Notes: generated by a model from the sequence alone, not told the origin. A stretch of 64,000 nucleotides of DNA from Candidatus Wolfebacteria bacterium GW2011_GWB1_47_1 (GCA_001029635.1 CP011209.1:414866-478865); one strand, 5' to 3'; positions 38,042 to 48,298 are shown, counted from the stretch's first letter. A program made the numbers and translations.

Positions 38042-38553
38042 AGCAGAAAGCCCACATACATTCACGTGGATATTTATTAATCGAAGCCATGGTCGCTATG
38101 ACCGTTTTAACGACCGGAGTGCTTGGTATCTTTGCGTTGATGTCCCAATCGATCAAACTTACCCGCGTGATTAACGATCAATATATAGCAACCTATCTTG
38201 CCGCAGAAGGTATCGAAGTGACAAAAAATTTGTTGGATGCAAATACTCCCGATATTAACGCGGGGCGACCCTGGAATGATGGTGGATTCGACAGTAGTGG
38301 ATGCTATGAGATCGATATTAATACCTCAGCTTTGAGCAGTGCCTCTCCTGTTGCGTGTGCCGCTGGAAGTGTTACTCCGTTGCAGTTTGATGGATCGGTC
38401 TATCAGTATGGATCGGGTTCGGCAACTCGTTATACGCGGACGGTTGATGTTCAGCCAATCGGCACGATCGGCGTGCGGATTGTTTCGACGGTTGCCTGGG
38501 CAGCGGGTGCCTCGTCTATTACATTGGAGGATAAATTTTATGATTGGCACTGA
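38038..38553 (+). CDS. Minor pilin / pseudopilin (PilV-like)
   Basis: N-terminus SRGYLLIEAMVAMTVLTTGVLGIFAL. Its start overlaps the previous stop (ATGA). Confidence 0.55.
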   Translation: MKQKAHIHSRGYLLIEAMVAMTVLTTGVLGIFALMSQSIKLTRVINDQYIATYLAAEGIEVTKNLLDANTPDINAGRPWNDGGFDSSGCYEIDINTSALSSASPVACAAGSVTPLQFDGSVYQYGSGSATRYTRTVDVQPIGTIGVRIVSTVAWAAGASSITLEDKFYDWH

Positions 38554-38556
38554 TCT

Positions 38557-39243
38557 ATGGATATAACACCACTGCATCGTAAGCGCACAGCGCGCACGGG
38601 CGTTACTTTAATCGAATTCGTTGTTGCGTTCGGTATTTTTACCATGCTGATCACAATTGCGAGCGGCAGCTTTATTCGTTCCATGCGAGTACAGCGCACT
38701 TCGCTGCAGCTTATGTCGGTTAACGACAATATGGGAATTACGCTAGAACAGATGATGCGTGAGATGAGAACCGGATACCATTTCTGCACTGCCACCGACG
38801 GGATGACATACGCGGGCATTCCTGCGGAGGTTATCACCCAGTGTCAAAATCTTGCGTCCGGTCTAAACTTGAGCGAGATTCAGTTCTTTAATGCGAGTAA
38901 CGAAATCGTCCGCTATCGCTGGATAAACGAAATGCTCGAAAAGGGAATCTCGCGTGCGGAATTTTTTGATCCGGTCGCCGGGGCTTCGCTCTGCGGCGAC
39001 GGCACTTTGGATATTGTGAACGGCATCTGCTACCACATCATCACGGGGGATAATATTAAAATCACAAACGCATACTTCAGACCGAGTTATAACGATGACG
39101 GTGATGGCTATTCGCCGCGCATTACATTGAGTTTTTCATTGACGACTAATGATCCAGTCGCCGAATCGATTGCCACTCCTATAACCATTCAGACGACGGT
39201 CAGCGCACGCTGTGGAGAATCTACCTGCCCTGGGGATAGTTGA
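38557..39243 (+). CDS. Minor pilin / pseudopilin (PilW-like)
   Basis: N-terminus TGVTLIEFVVAFGIFTMLITIASG. Confidence 0.55.
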   Translation: MDITPLHRKRTARTGVTLIEFVVAFGIFTMLITIASGSFIRSMRVQRTSLQLMSVNDNMGITLEQMMREMRTGYHFCTATDGMTYAGIPAEVITQCQNLASGLNLSEIQFFNASNEIVRYRWINEMLEKGISRAEFFDPVAGASLCGDGTLDIVNGICYHIITGDNIKITNAYFRPSYNDDGDGYSPRITLSFSLTTNDPVAESIATPITIQTTVSARCGESTCPGDS

Positions 39244-39264
39244 TGCAATAATAGATATTCACTT

Positions 39265-39651
39265 ATGAAAAAAACCATCTTTCCTCATAACCCATATCGG
39301 ACCGGACAGTCGATGATTCTTACCGTATTGGTACTTTCGAGTGCCGTTCTTGCCTTATCGGCTATCGGCGGTTATATGATGCTGATTCGCCTGCGTATCA
39401 ATTCTGACATCGTCAATACGACCAAGGCTATTTATATCGCCGATGCGGGTCTTGAATGTGAGGCGTACAATCAATTCCAATTGGCGGACATTGATTGTAA
39501 TGACATCCCGTATAATGCATTTCCTCATACGAGCGGGGTAGTGGATCCTAGGGCCTCTTATGTTAGTGAATATACCGCCGGCCCTCCCTCGTATATGCTA
39601 TCAAAGGGGTCGTATCGATCTGCGAGTCGCTCCTTTAGACTTGGTTTTTAA
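39265..39651 (+). CDS. PilX-like minor pilin (hypothetical)
   Basis: N-terminal hydrophobic helix GQSMILTVLVLSSAVLALSAIGGYMM. Last gene of the pilin block. Confidence 0.4.
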   Translation: MKKTIFPHNPYRTGQSMILTVLVLSSAVLALSAIGGYMMLIRLRINSDIVNTTKAIYIADAGLECEAYNQFQLADIDCNDIPYNAFPHTSGVVDPRASYVSEYTAGPPSYMLSKGSYRSASRSFRLGF

Positions 39652-39745
39652 ACCCCTATTGCAATACACCCTTCCTTTGGGGCGTGTTTATTTTGCTCTC
39701 AAAATGGGCTATAGTTGATATACATATTATATAACGATCTACCGT

Positions 39746-42568
39746 ATGCAATTCAAAAAAGTTGAGAAAAAGTGGCGGGAAGCATGGAAAAAGGAGGGTG
39801 TCTACCGGGTAAAGGATGCTGTTAAGGGAAAGAAGAATTTTTATCACATGGTTATGTTCCCGTATCCGTCGGGGGATTTGCATATCGGGCATTGGTATAA
39901 TTTTGCGCCGGCAGACGTGTTTGCGCGGTTCAAGCGTATGCGCGGGTTTAACGTTCTTTCTCCAATCGGGTTTGATGCATTCGGTCTTCCGGCTGAGAAT
40001 GCGGCGATCAAGCGCGGAATCCATCCGAAGACGTGGACGTATAAGAATATCAAGACGATGACGGCCCAGTTAGAAAATATGGGTACGATGTATGACTGGG
40101 AGCGAAGCGTGATCACTGCCGATCCCGAGTATTATAAGTGGACGCAATGGATGTTCTTGCAATTGTTCCATGCCGGGCTGGCATATCGCACGAAGGCAAA
40201 GGCAAACTGGTGTCCGAAGGATCGGACTGTTCTTGCGAATGAGCAGGTTATTGATGGTAAGTGTGACCGGTGTGGAACCGAGGTCGTGCAGCGTGATATT
40301 GACCAATGGCTTCTGAAGATCACCAGCTACGCCGATCGGCTATTGGCTGACTTGGAAGGACTTGATTGGCCGGAGAAGACCAAGGCTATGCAGCGTAACT
40401 GGATCGGAAAATCCGAGGGTTCGTTGGTTGCGTTTGCTATTGAGGGTATTGACCAAGCTGTTTCAAAAGAGACGCTTAAATTCAGGCCGTATTTGATCGC
40501 ACCGGTTCTTTCGGGTGAAAAATATATTACTCATCGTCTTGAGTCAAAAGCTGTGAAGGTGGGAGATCTCGTGCCACTCATCAATTGGGCGAGTAAGGAG
40601 CAATTTGGGTTGGCGCGTATTACTAAGGTAGTTAAGGACGTGATGAAAAATGTTTCCGAAACTCAGGATGGCCATGAGAAATTCAAGAACCGAAAGGAAT
40701 TTTATGCAACGTATGCAAAATATTACAACAAGGTCGTCGATGATGATACCGCTATTTGGATGTATCACTTTGAGTTGGTTTCGCCATCGATTGATGTATT
40801 CACAACTCGTGTAGATACCATCTTTGGGTGTACCTATGTCGTGGTAGCTCCCGAGCATAAACTCATCGAGGCGCTGAAAGGGCAGATCGAAAATTATAAG
40901 GAGGTTTCCGTCTATACCGCCAAGGCACGCAAGAAGCTTGAGCTCGATCGCATGATGGAGGAAAAGACAAAGACGGGAGTCGAGCTTAAGGGTATTCGTG
41001 CCATCAATCCTTTTACGGGAGACGCTGTCCCTGTCTATGTCGCGGATTACGTATTAGGCGGTTATGGAACTGGGGCGGTTATGGCCGTGCCGGCACATGA
41101 TGAGCGTGACCTTGCGTTTGCGAAGCAATTTAAATTGCCGATTAAAGTTTCTGTCGCCGGAACGTCTACCGAGCTAGGGGAATGTATGATTGATGATGGA
41201 ACGCTGGTCGATTCCGGATCATTTACCGGGATGAATTCTGTAGCTGCGCGGACTGAGATGACTAAGTGGCTCAAGCAGCAAGACTCCGGTTCTGGAACGA
41301 TCAACTACAAGTTGCGCGACTGGCTTATTTCTCGTCAGCGGTATTGGGGATCTCCTATCCCGCTCGTATTTTGTGAACACTGCAAGACGCGCATCGAATC
41401 GGGCGATTACAAGAAAGGAGAATTCACCAAAGGGGAATTGGCTAATCCGGGATGGATCGGCGTGAAGGAGAAAGCACTGCCGGTACTGCTTCCGCCGGTG
41501 AAGAATTATCTGCCGACCGAAGAAGGCAAGTCTCCACTTGCGCATTCGAAATCTTTTGTGAATACTTCGTGCCCGCACTGTGCTTCCAAAGGTGTTCGTG
41601 AGACGGATACTATGGACACCTTCATGTGCTCTTCTTGGTATTATCTGCGATATCCCGATCCGAAGAATGCAAAGCAATTTGCCGATCCGAAGAAATTGGC
41701 GGCGTGGTTGCCAACCGATATGTATATCGGAGGAGCGGAACATTCCGTCATGCATTTATTGTATGCGCGATTTTTCACCAAGGTCCTTTATGATCTGAAG
41801 CAGGTCAAATTCAAAGAACCGTTTATGGCATTGCGGCATCAGGGAACGATCCTTGGTCCCGATGGACAAAAGATGTCCAAATCAAAAGGGAATGTTATTG
41901 ATCCTGACGATCTGGTCGATCGGTTTGGTGCCGATGCTGTGCGGATGTATCTGTGTTTTATGGGCCCGTATGACCAAGGAGGTCCGTGGCAACCGGGAGG
42001 TATGGTTGGGATCGCCCGATTCCTTCAGCGCACTGAACAATTATATGATGCATATAGCAAAGGTGCGCATACTGCGAAGCGATCGGCAAAGGGTAATCCA
42101 TTGAAGAAGATTTTGCATCAGACTATCAAGAAGGTTACGGAAGATATCGCAGAGTTCCGTTTTAATACGGCTGTGAGTTCGTTAATGATATTACTTAATG
42201 CAATGGATGATCAGCGTGAATATATCGATGCTGAGGTTCTTGAGCAGTTCCTCCTCCTACTTGCCCCATTCGCCCCTTATTTTGCTGAAGAATTGTATCG
42301 TGGCTTGTTGGGCAATAAGACATCTATTCATATCGTGCCATGGCCGAAGTATGCTGCCCGCCTTGCCGTCGAGAATGAGTTTGAACTCGTGATCCAGGTC
42401 AATGGCAAGACGCGTGACACCATGCGGGTGCCCAAGGGTACTACGCAAGAGCGCGCACGTGAGATTGCACTTGCTTCCCCAAAGGTGCACGCCGTCGCCC
42501 TTGGTATGCAGGTCAAAAAGGTCATCTTCGTTCCCGACCGACTTATCAATCTGGTTATAGGAATATGA
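39746..42568 (+). CDS. leuS: Leucyl-tRNA synthetase with a roughly 115-aa insertion upstream of the editing domain
   Basis: HIGH (PSGDLHIGH) and KMSKS (KMSKSKGN) motifs. Zinc knuckle CPKDR..CDRCG. Editing-domain motifs TTRVDT and AHDERD. C-terminal anticodon-binding domain. Confidence 0.95.
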   Translation: MQFKKVEKKWREAWKKEGVYRVKDAVKGKKNFYHMVMFPYPSGDLHIGHWYNFAPADVFARFKRMRGFNVLSPIGFDAFGLPAENAAIKRGIHPKTWTYKNIKTMTAQLENMGTMYDWERSVITADPEYYKWTQWMFLQLFHAGLAYRTKAKANWCPKDRTVLANEQVIDGKCDRCGTEVVQRDIDQWLLKITSYADRLLADLEGLDWPEKTKAMQRNWIGKSEGSLVAFAIEGIDQAVSKETLKFRPYLIAPVLSGEKYITHRLESKAVKVGDLVPLINWASKEQFGLARITKVVKDVMKNVSETQDGHEKFKNRKEFYATYAKYYNKVVDDDTAIWMYHFELVSPSIDVFTTRVDTIFGCTYVVVAPEHKLIEALKGQIENYKEVSVYTAKARKKLELDRMMEEKTKTGVELKGIRAINPFTGDAVPVYVADYVLGGYGTGAVMAVPAHDERDLAFAKQFKLPIKVSVAGTSTELGECMIDDGTLVDSGSFTGMNSVAARTEMTKWLKQQDSGSGTINYKLRDWLISRQRYWGSPIPLVFCEHCKTRIESGDYKKGEFTKGELANPGWIGVKEKALPVLLPPVKNYLPTEEGKSPLAHSKSFVNTSCPHCASKGVRETDTMDTFMCSSWYYLRYPDPKNAKQFADPKKLAAWLPTDMYIGGAEHSVMHLLYARFFTKVLYDLKQVKFKEPFMALRHQGTILGPDGQKMSKSKGNVIDPDDLVDRFGADAVRMYLCFMGPYDQGGPWQPGGMVGIARFLQRTEQLYDAYSKGAHTAKRSAKGNPLKKILHQTIKKVTEDIAEFRFNTAVSSLMILLNAMDDQREYIDAEVLEQFLLLLAPFAPYFAEELYRGLLGNKTSIHIVPWPKYAARLAVENEFELVIQVNGKTRDTMRVPKGTTQERAREIALASPKVHAVALGMQVKKVIFVPDRLINLVIGI

Positions 42569-42726
42569 CGAAGCATATCGGGTCGATCATCGCGTGGATT
42601 ATTATTGCGGGCGTCATTCTCTATGCCGCCCGTCATTTCTCCGATATCGTGGGCGGTGTTACATATGTGAAGCAGTCGATCGACGAGCAGGAGGTTCCTG
42701 ATGCCGTTGAATTGCTATTCAAGTAG
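42565..42726 (+). CDS. 53-aa small membrane protein translationally coupled to leuS (hypothetical)
   Basis: Its ATG overlaps the leuS TGA (ATGA). MTKHIGSIIAWIIIAGVILYAARHF.. forms one TM helix. A terminator follows. It is not in the supplied ORF track because it is under 60 aa. Confidence 0.3.
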   Translation: MTKHIGSIIAWIIIAGVILYAARHFSDIVGGVTYVKQSIDEQEVPDAVELLFK

Positions 42727-42732
42727 AATCAT

Positions 42733-42762
42733 AAAAATGCACAGCTAACGCTGTGCATTTTT
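42733..42762. terminator. Bidirectional terminator hairpin
   Basis: aaaaatgcacagc-taacg-ctgtgcattttt. Confidence 0.6.
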
Positions 42763-42766
42763 TGGT

Positions 42767-43819
42767 TCATTTCTTTTCCGCTAGTTTTGGGGATACGATA
42801 AACATCCTATTTTTGCGCAGGACCTTCAGTCGAATAATATCGCCAATGGTGTGCGACTCGAGCATATCGCCTAATGTCTTTTCTCCACTAATCCGTTTCT
42901 CGTTGCATTCCAGGATAATGTCATGATCTTTGATCCCGGCGAGTGCCGCTGGGCTCTTAGTGATAACACTCTCAGAATATGGTTTTGGACTGACGACCAA
43001 CGCTCCGTAATCCGTTGGCAATTTGAGTTTTTGTTGCAGGGTTTCATTAATCGTAACATAATGTACCCCGAGAAATGGCTGACGGATTCTTCCAAATTGG
43101 CGTAGATCGATCAGATCTTTTTTAAGTGTATTAATCGGAAGTGCGAACCCGATATTTTGTGCGCCCTGGATGATCGCAACGTTAATGCCGATTACCTTGC
43201 CATTGATGCCGACGAGTGGCCCACCCGAATTTCCAGGGTTAATGGCCGCATCGGTCTGGATGAGTCCGTGAATCTCCTGTATGGGTGAGCTCGCATCTAT
43301 CTGTGCCGTGATTGCGCGTGAAAGGCCGGAAATGATGCCACTTGATACTGTATTTTGGAACATGCCGAGTGCATTCCCGACGGCGATGACCGGATCGCCT
43401 AATTCACAATGGGAAGAATCTCCCAGTGAAAGAAAGGGGAATGCGTTTTCTCCTGTTATTTTGAGTATCGCGATGTCGCTGAGCGGGTCCCGGGCTAATA
43501 TCGTTGCCGGATATTTCTTGCCGTCATTGGTGATAATCGTGTATGCGTTTCTTGTTTCGCTGACGATGTGTCTATTGCTGATCACGATGCCCGAAGGATC
43601 GACGATGAATCCTGATCCATTTCCCACTTTGAGCATTCCATTTTTATCGGTTTGTTGTTTGAGAAATCCAAGTTCCTTGCGTTTGAGCCATAGCGGGATA
43701 TCGGGAAAGTGTTCCACTGCTTCACGTTCGATTTCGCCGAACTTTTTTGATACGACGATCGTTACGGTTGCCGGGATGACCTTCTTGATCACCGATACAA
43801 AATTATTTGCGTGTTCCAT
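42767..43819 (-). CDS. htrA: HtrA/DegP-family serine protease (trypsin domain + PDZ)
   Basis: GNSGGPLV active-site Ser. His/Asp context (..SNRHIV.., ..DIAILKI..). C-terminal PDZ. Confidence 0.9.
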   Translation of the reverse strand: MEHANNFVSVIKKVIPATVTIVVSKKFGEIEREAVEHFPDIPLWLKRKELGFLKQQTDKNGMLKVGNGSGFIVDPSGIVISNRHIVSETRNAYTIITNDGKKYPATILARDPLSDIAILKITGENAFPFLSLGDSSHCELGDPVIAVGNALGMFQNTVSSGIISGLSRAITAQIDASSPIQEIHGLIQTDAAINPGNSGGPLVGINGKVIGINVAIIQGAQNIGFALPINTLKKDLIDLRQFGRIRQPFLGVHYVTINETLQQKLKLPTDYGALVVSPKPYSESVITKSPAALAGIKDHDIILECNEKRISGEKTLGDMLESHTIGDIIRLKVLRKNRMFIVSPKLAEKK

Positions 43820-43899
43820 ATGTTTTTATTGTAGCATGAAAGGAGACATTGATGGAATTATTTTGAAATACGACACTATTTTAGTGTATACTGCATCAT

Positions 43900-44781
43900 A
43901 TGAACATTCGCCGGCCAAGCGATATTAGAAAAAAACAGAATAAACGGGATTCTAAGAAGAAATACATCATCGCCGGAGGGAGCGCTGTTTTTTTACTACT
44001 GGTCGTCGGATCGGTATTCGGTATTCGTCAGACATCGTTGTTCCGTATCGATTCCGTTTTCGTAGAGGGGATACCGGAGGCGTATGGCGTTCAGGTGCGA
44101 CGCGATCTCGAATCCTTTTCGAGGGATCATTCGCTTGTGTTTCGATTTTTAGGTAGCGGCAATATGATCGCATGGGATGGCACACCTTCGGCGTTTTTGG
44201 ACGCAAATCCCCAATTTCGCGATGTTCGCATATTAAAGGATTATATGCGCAAGTCCGTAACCATCATTGTCGATGGCCGTGAAAAATTTGGCGTGTGGTG
44301 TCATGATCCGGCACGCTCCACCTTGATGCCGATCGAAGAAGGAGCTGCGAGCACTACGACTAATAATGAAGAATACGAAGAGGAAGAGCCGGATGATACA
44401 TGCTATTGGTTTGATCGCGATGGTGTGCTATTCGCGCGTGCTCCTCAGGTTAAGAGCGAGCTGTTTAATCGAGTCTATGATTCCACGGGGCGCTCGATTG
44501 GGTTGCGTGAAAAGATCCTTCCTGATCGGCTTTTCGTGAATTTGGCAAAGATATTCAAATTGATGGAGATGGCGCAGATCAATACCAAAACCGTATTTGT
44601 GCGCGACCTGGCATTGGAAGAAGTCGATACGGATTCAGTATCCGATCCGAGGATTATATTCAGTCTACGAAACGATCCTTTGTTCGCATTGAGCGCGATT
44701 GACGCATTAAAACAATCGGGAGAGTGGAGCGGATTGCACTATGCGAATTTTACCGTAGAGAATCGTGCTTCGTATAAATAA
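43900..44781 (+). CDS. FtsQ/DivIB-like cell-division protein (POTRA domain)
   Basis: Basic N-terminus, a single TM helix, then ..FRIDSVFVEGIPEAYG.. (POTRA-like). An acidic low-complexity insert (EEYEEEEPDD). Confidence 0.45.
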   Translation: MNIRRPSDIRKKQNKRDSKKKYIIAGGSAVFLLLVVGSVFGIRQTSLFRIDSVFVEGIPEAYGVQVRRDLESFSRDHSLVFRFLGSGNMIAWDGTPSAFLDANPQFRDVRILKDYMRKSVTIIVDGREKFGVWCHDPARSTLMPIEEGAASTTTNNEEYEEEEPDDTCYWFDRDGVLFARAPQVKSELFNRVYDSTGRSIGLREKILPDRLFVNLAKIFKLMEMAQINTKTVFVRDLALEEVDTDSVSDPRIIFSLRNDPLFALSAIDALKQSGEWSGLHYANFTVENRASYK

Positions 44782-44835
44782 TGACCAGACAAATAAAAAA
44801 TCATCCGGGAGAAGGATGATTTTTTATTTGTCTGG

Positions 44836-46533
44836 TCATTCCACATGCGAAGACAGTTTTTTTATCAGCTTCAGATCCCACTCCTTTAGATCGTCTAGCA
44901 GTTTCATGTGAGGATCGATTGCGATCGACCGCCCCAGGTATTGGCCGCTCGTAAAGTGGGGGAATATGACGTAGTCCGCGCCGTGCTGATATAACCGCTC
45001 CACCTCCTTTTCATCATCCGATCGAACGATAATTTTTATGTTGCACCCTTGCTTTTTAAGAGTAGTAACCTCCTTGATCAACATGTCGTTGTTTTTGAAA
45101 TCGGATGTGGTTGATATAACAAGCCGTGCATTGTGTAGATTTGCCTTTTCCAATATCTCCTCATCATCGATATCGCCAAATAAATATGTGTACCCATATT
45201 TTTTCAAAAAGTGGATTATTTCGGGATCGAAGTCGATCACGAGCACATCTTCTTTTTTGAGATTGAATGCAATACTTTGGCCGATACGATGCGCTCCGAT
45301 AAGTATGATGGGTTTCGCGAACTCTTCATCTTCGGATATTTTTTCCGAGAGGTTTTTCCGTTGGAACAATGATAGGAGCGGGATTAGTCGCTGATAGATT
45401 GGCTCCGCGTGCGTTACAAGATACGTCGAGACTGCAATACTAAGAATCGTCGCTCCCGTTATAATGGCGACAATCTCGGTCGAGAGATGTCCGAGCTTCA
45501 TGCCGATACTCGCAAGCACAAGGCTGAATTCGGATACCTGTGCAATGGTCATTCCCGTGAAAAAGGATGTCTTTTTGCGATAGCCCATAGCTCCCATGAT
45601 CGCGAGTATGACGAGCGGCTTGATAATTAATACGAACAGCGTGAACGCCATAAGTGGCAGGATGATGTTTGTATAACTGGAAAACACGAGTGATGAGCCA
45701 AGAATGACAAAGAAGATGAGGATGAAGAAATCCCGTAGATATTTTATCTTTGAAACAATCTGAAACTGATGGGATGAACTCGAGAGGGATATACCCGCAA
45801 GTAATCCGCCTACCTCGATCGGGAAGCCGATGGCAGGATGCGATACGGTTGCCGCAACGATGAATGCCCAGCTGAGACTACTGAAGAAGGTTAATTCTTG
45901 AGAGAGCGCTATCTTGTCGAAAATGACTGGGATAACCTTTCTCCCGATAAGGATCGTTGCTCCAAAGAGCAGGGCCGCCTTGCCGATTGTGAGTGCCAGT
46001 TGCATAGGCATAAACCCGGTTCCTGACGCAATGCCCGAAAGAAGTACGAGAATGAGAATGACTACCATGTCCTGAATTAAGAGGAGTCCAACGCTTAACT
46101 TGCCATAGAGGCTACCCGTATCTTTTTTTTCTGAGAGCATCTTTATTACGATGACTGTGCTTGATAGCGTGAGCGCTATCGCAATATAGGCCGATTCGAC
46201 CGGAGAAAAATGGAACAGCGTTGAAAGTAGAAACCCGAGCGCGAACGTGAGTGCGATCTGCGCCCCACCGATAACAAAGGACGGTTTGCCTATTAGTTTT
46301 AATGACTTGAAGTCTATCTCGAGGCCTACCAGGAAGAGTAGGAACATAATCCCCAGGTCGGAGAAGATTCGAAGCGTTTCCGCATTATTTAAATGAAAAA
46401 GGCCCAGATGGCTGATGATAATACCCGTACCGATGAAGGCCAAAATAAGCGGTTGTTTAAAAAGTCGCGCAATGATGCCAAGCATGGTTGCGATCAAAAC
46501 CACGACGGCGAGTTCTAATATTCCTGTACCCAT
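44836..46533 (-). CDS. CPA2-family cation:proton antiporter with a C-terminal RCK/TrkA-N domain (Kef-type)
   Basis: Polytopic N-terminal exchanger domain. C-terminal Rossmann ..ILIGAHRIGQSIAFNL..VLVIDFDPE... Confidence 0.8.
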   Translation of the reverse strand: MGTGILELAVVVLIATMLGIIARLFKQPLILAFIGTGIIISHLGLFHLNNAETLRIFSDLGIMFLLFLVGLEIDFKSLKLIGKPSFVIGGAQIALTFALGFLLSTLFHFSPVESAYIAIALTLSSTVIVIKMLSEKKDTGSLYGKLSVGLLLIQDMVVILILVLLSGIASGTGFMPMQLALTIGKAALLFGATILIGRKVIPVIFDKIALSQELTFFSSLSWAFIVAATVSHPAIGFPIEVGGLLAGISLSSSSHQFQIVSKIKYLRDFFILIFFVILGSSLVFSSYTNIILPLMAFTLFVLIIKPLVILAIMGAMGYRKKTSFFTGMTIAQVSEFSLVLASIGMKLGHLSTEIVAIITGATILSIAVSTYLVTHAEPIYQRLIPLLSLFQRKNLSEKISEDEEFAKPIILIGAHRIGQSIAFNLKKEDVLVIDFDPEIIHFLKKYGYTYLFGDIDDEEILEKANLHNARLVISTTSDFKNNDMLIKEVTTLKKQGCNIKIIVRSDDEKEVERLYQHGADYVIFPHFTSGQYLGRSIAIDPHMKLLDDLKEWDLKLIKKLSSHVE

Positions 46534-46640
46534 ATTACTTCAGTATAAAGGTAAACCGGGAAAATAAAAAATATACCCAAGGAACAAAAACACCCTTCGA
46601 CATACTGCCAAAGGGTGTGTGTGATAGCGATGATGAGTCG

Positions 46641-47039
46641 CTATTTTTCAACGATGAAGAATTCCGCCAACCTGCGCACTACTTCGAGTCCCAGTGCGGA
46701 ATCTTCTCCCGGGATGTTTCGTTCGTGGATGCTGCGGATCTCGTCCAGAGTCGTTGCACGGCCGAGATCCGCCATGGATAGATTGAGCATTTTCTGGACC
46801 GCCTGATTGAACAGGCGCATTTTGGTCGGATCCTGCTTGCACAATCGCCGCACGAACTGGTCAACTTGTTCATACGTGACTGCCCGATCGAGCTGTTCCT
46901 CGAGTGAAATCTTCCGCATAGGGGCGCTCTTGCTGAGCTTTAACAGAAACGTCTTTGCCATGCTGAGCGGAATATTCCCCGCCTCTGCAAGAGCCTCCAC
47001 GTTAACAATCGCTCCGTTGGGCAACTGCAGTTCTTCCAT
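46641..47039 (-). CDS. Hypothetical protein
   Basis: 132-aa ORF. I recognise no family. Confidence 0.35.
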   Translation of the reverse strand: MEELQLPNGAIVNVEALAEAGNIPLSMAKTFLLKLSKSAPMRKISLEEQLDRAVTYEQVDQFVRRLCKQDPTKMRLFNQAVQKMLNLSMADLGRATTLDEIRSIHERNIPGEDSALGLEVVRRLAEFFIVEK

Positions 47040-47105
47040 TTATGCCTCCTGTGTCTGCGTTGGGGGATAGGTATGTTCTGGGTGCTTTATATAATATTTT
47101 ATTTA

Positions 47106-47720
47106 TTATGTCAAACTCTTATTTTGGCTGATTATAATACTGAAGTTGTATTCCAGGTCACTCCACTCTTCTGCGTGCTCCGCGCCGATGCGTTTTCTTT
47201 TGATGATGTGCTCGGCAGGAATGCTGACATCGCGATCTTCGAACCATAGGCCACTTTCTTTTGTTGCATGTGTGCCATCAAACTCCTTCCCTATCTTAAG
47301 GAATCTCGTGAGCTCTGCCGGGCCTTGAATGTGTTCGATCTCGCCCGTCGGCAGCATGACAAGTGCGCTGCGAATCAGTATTGCTGCGGGATAATCCTTT
47401 GGGCCAGTTACGATATGCAGTATAGGTCGAGCGCTGTCGATTGCTTCGGTTGCCGTAAAATAATTAGTCAGTGTCTCTTTGTTTACCCGTTGGGATATAT
47501 GAACACTGCCTGCTTTCGCAAATAGCGTCTCATTGTGATCCTTGCGCCCTCCGTAGGCGGGGGATAGCCTGTCTTCCGGTCCGTCATACGTCTCCACTTC
47601 GGTGACCATCAGCGACCAGGCGTGATCGTTGTACTCGCGGACTAAAAATTTTCCAAGAAGATCCTGGGCAACGATTAGTGCTTCGCGATCAAAAAATTCA
47701 TGAGGAATCGGTCTGTGCAT
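47106..47720 (-). CDS. DNA-3-methyladenine glycosylase (MPG/AAG family)
   Basis: ..FFDREALIVAQDLLGKFLV..TEVETYDGPEDRLSPAYGGRK.. plus C-terminal ..KRKRIGAEHA.., typical of Pfam Pur_DNA_glyco. Confidence 0.7.
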   Translation of the reverse strand: MHRPIPHEFFDREALIVAQDLLGKFLVREYNDHAWSLMVTEVETYDGPEDRLSPAYGGRKDHNETLFAKAGSVHISQRVNKETLTNYFTATEAIDSARPILHIVTGPKDYPAAILIRSALVMLPTGEIEHIQGPAELTRFLKIGKEFDGTHATKESGLWFEDRDVSIPAEHIIKRKRIGAEHAEEWSDLEYNFSIIISQNKSLT

Positions 47721-47773
47721 ATGTGATTATCCTACAATAAAAATTCCGCCAGACAAAGTGTCTGGCGGAGTTT

Positions 47774-48232
47774 TTATGCACGCTTGGATATTTTTTTGGG
47801 CGTCGCTTTTGTCACCTTTACTGCGACCTTCTTTCCTATTTTCGCAGTATCTTTGGGTATCGTGATCACGAGAATGCCGTTTTCGCATGATGCTTTAATC
47901 TTCTTTTCGTTGACCGGTACCGGCAAACGAATTAGGCGTTCAAATGATCCCCTCCGTATCTCCTTCCTCCAGTAGCCTTTTTCTTGCTCCTTTTCCTTCT
48001 GCTCTGAGGTGCCCGCTATATGGAGAATACCGTCCTTGATCGAGATCTCGATCTTGTCGGCATCAATACCAGGGACGTTCATTTCCGCTATGACATTCGG
48101 ACCTTTCTCATAGATATCCATCGACGGTCGCAGTGGCGCATAGTCCGATAGTGATGGAAAATCGGCGTCGAAAAAACGGTCCATGTCAAAGAGTGATCGA
48201 TAGGGTAATAATGGCATATGGTGATAATACAA
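47774..48232 (-). CDS. Hsp20/alpha-crystallin small heat-shock protein
   Basis: ACD core ..MDIYEKGPNVIAEMNVPGIDADKIEISIKDGILHIAG..GSFERLIRLP..ASCENGILVITIPK. Confidence 0.85.
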   Translation of the reverse strand: MYYHHMPLLPYRSLFDMDRFFDADFPSLSDYAPLRPSMDIYEKGPNVIAEMNVPGIDADKIEISIKDGILHIAGTSEQKEKEQEKGYWRKEIRRGSFERLIRLPVPVNEKKIKASCENGILVITIPKDTAKIGKKVAVKVTKATPKKISKRA

Positions 48233-48298
48233 TTATATAGCCGACCTTTATTATATACCACAAGTATACTATACTAGTGGCATATATTTCATCTTGCT

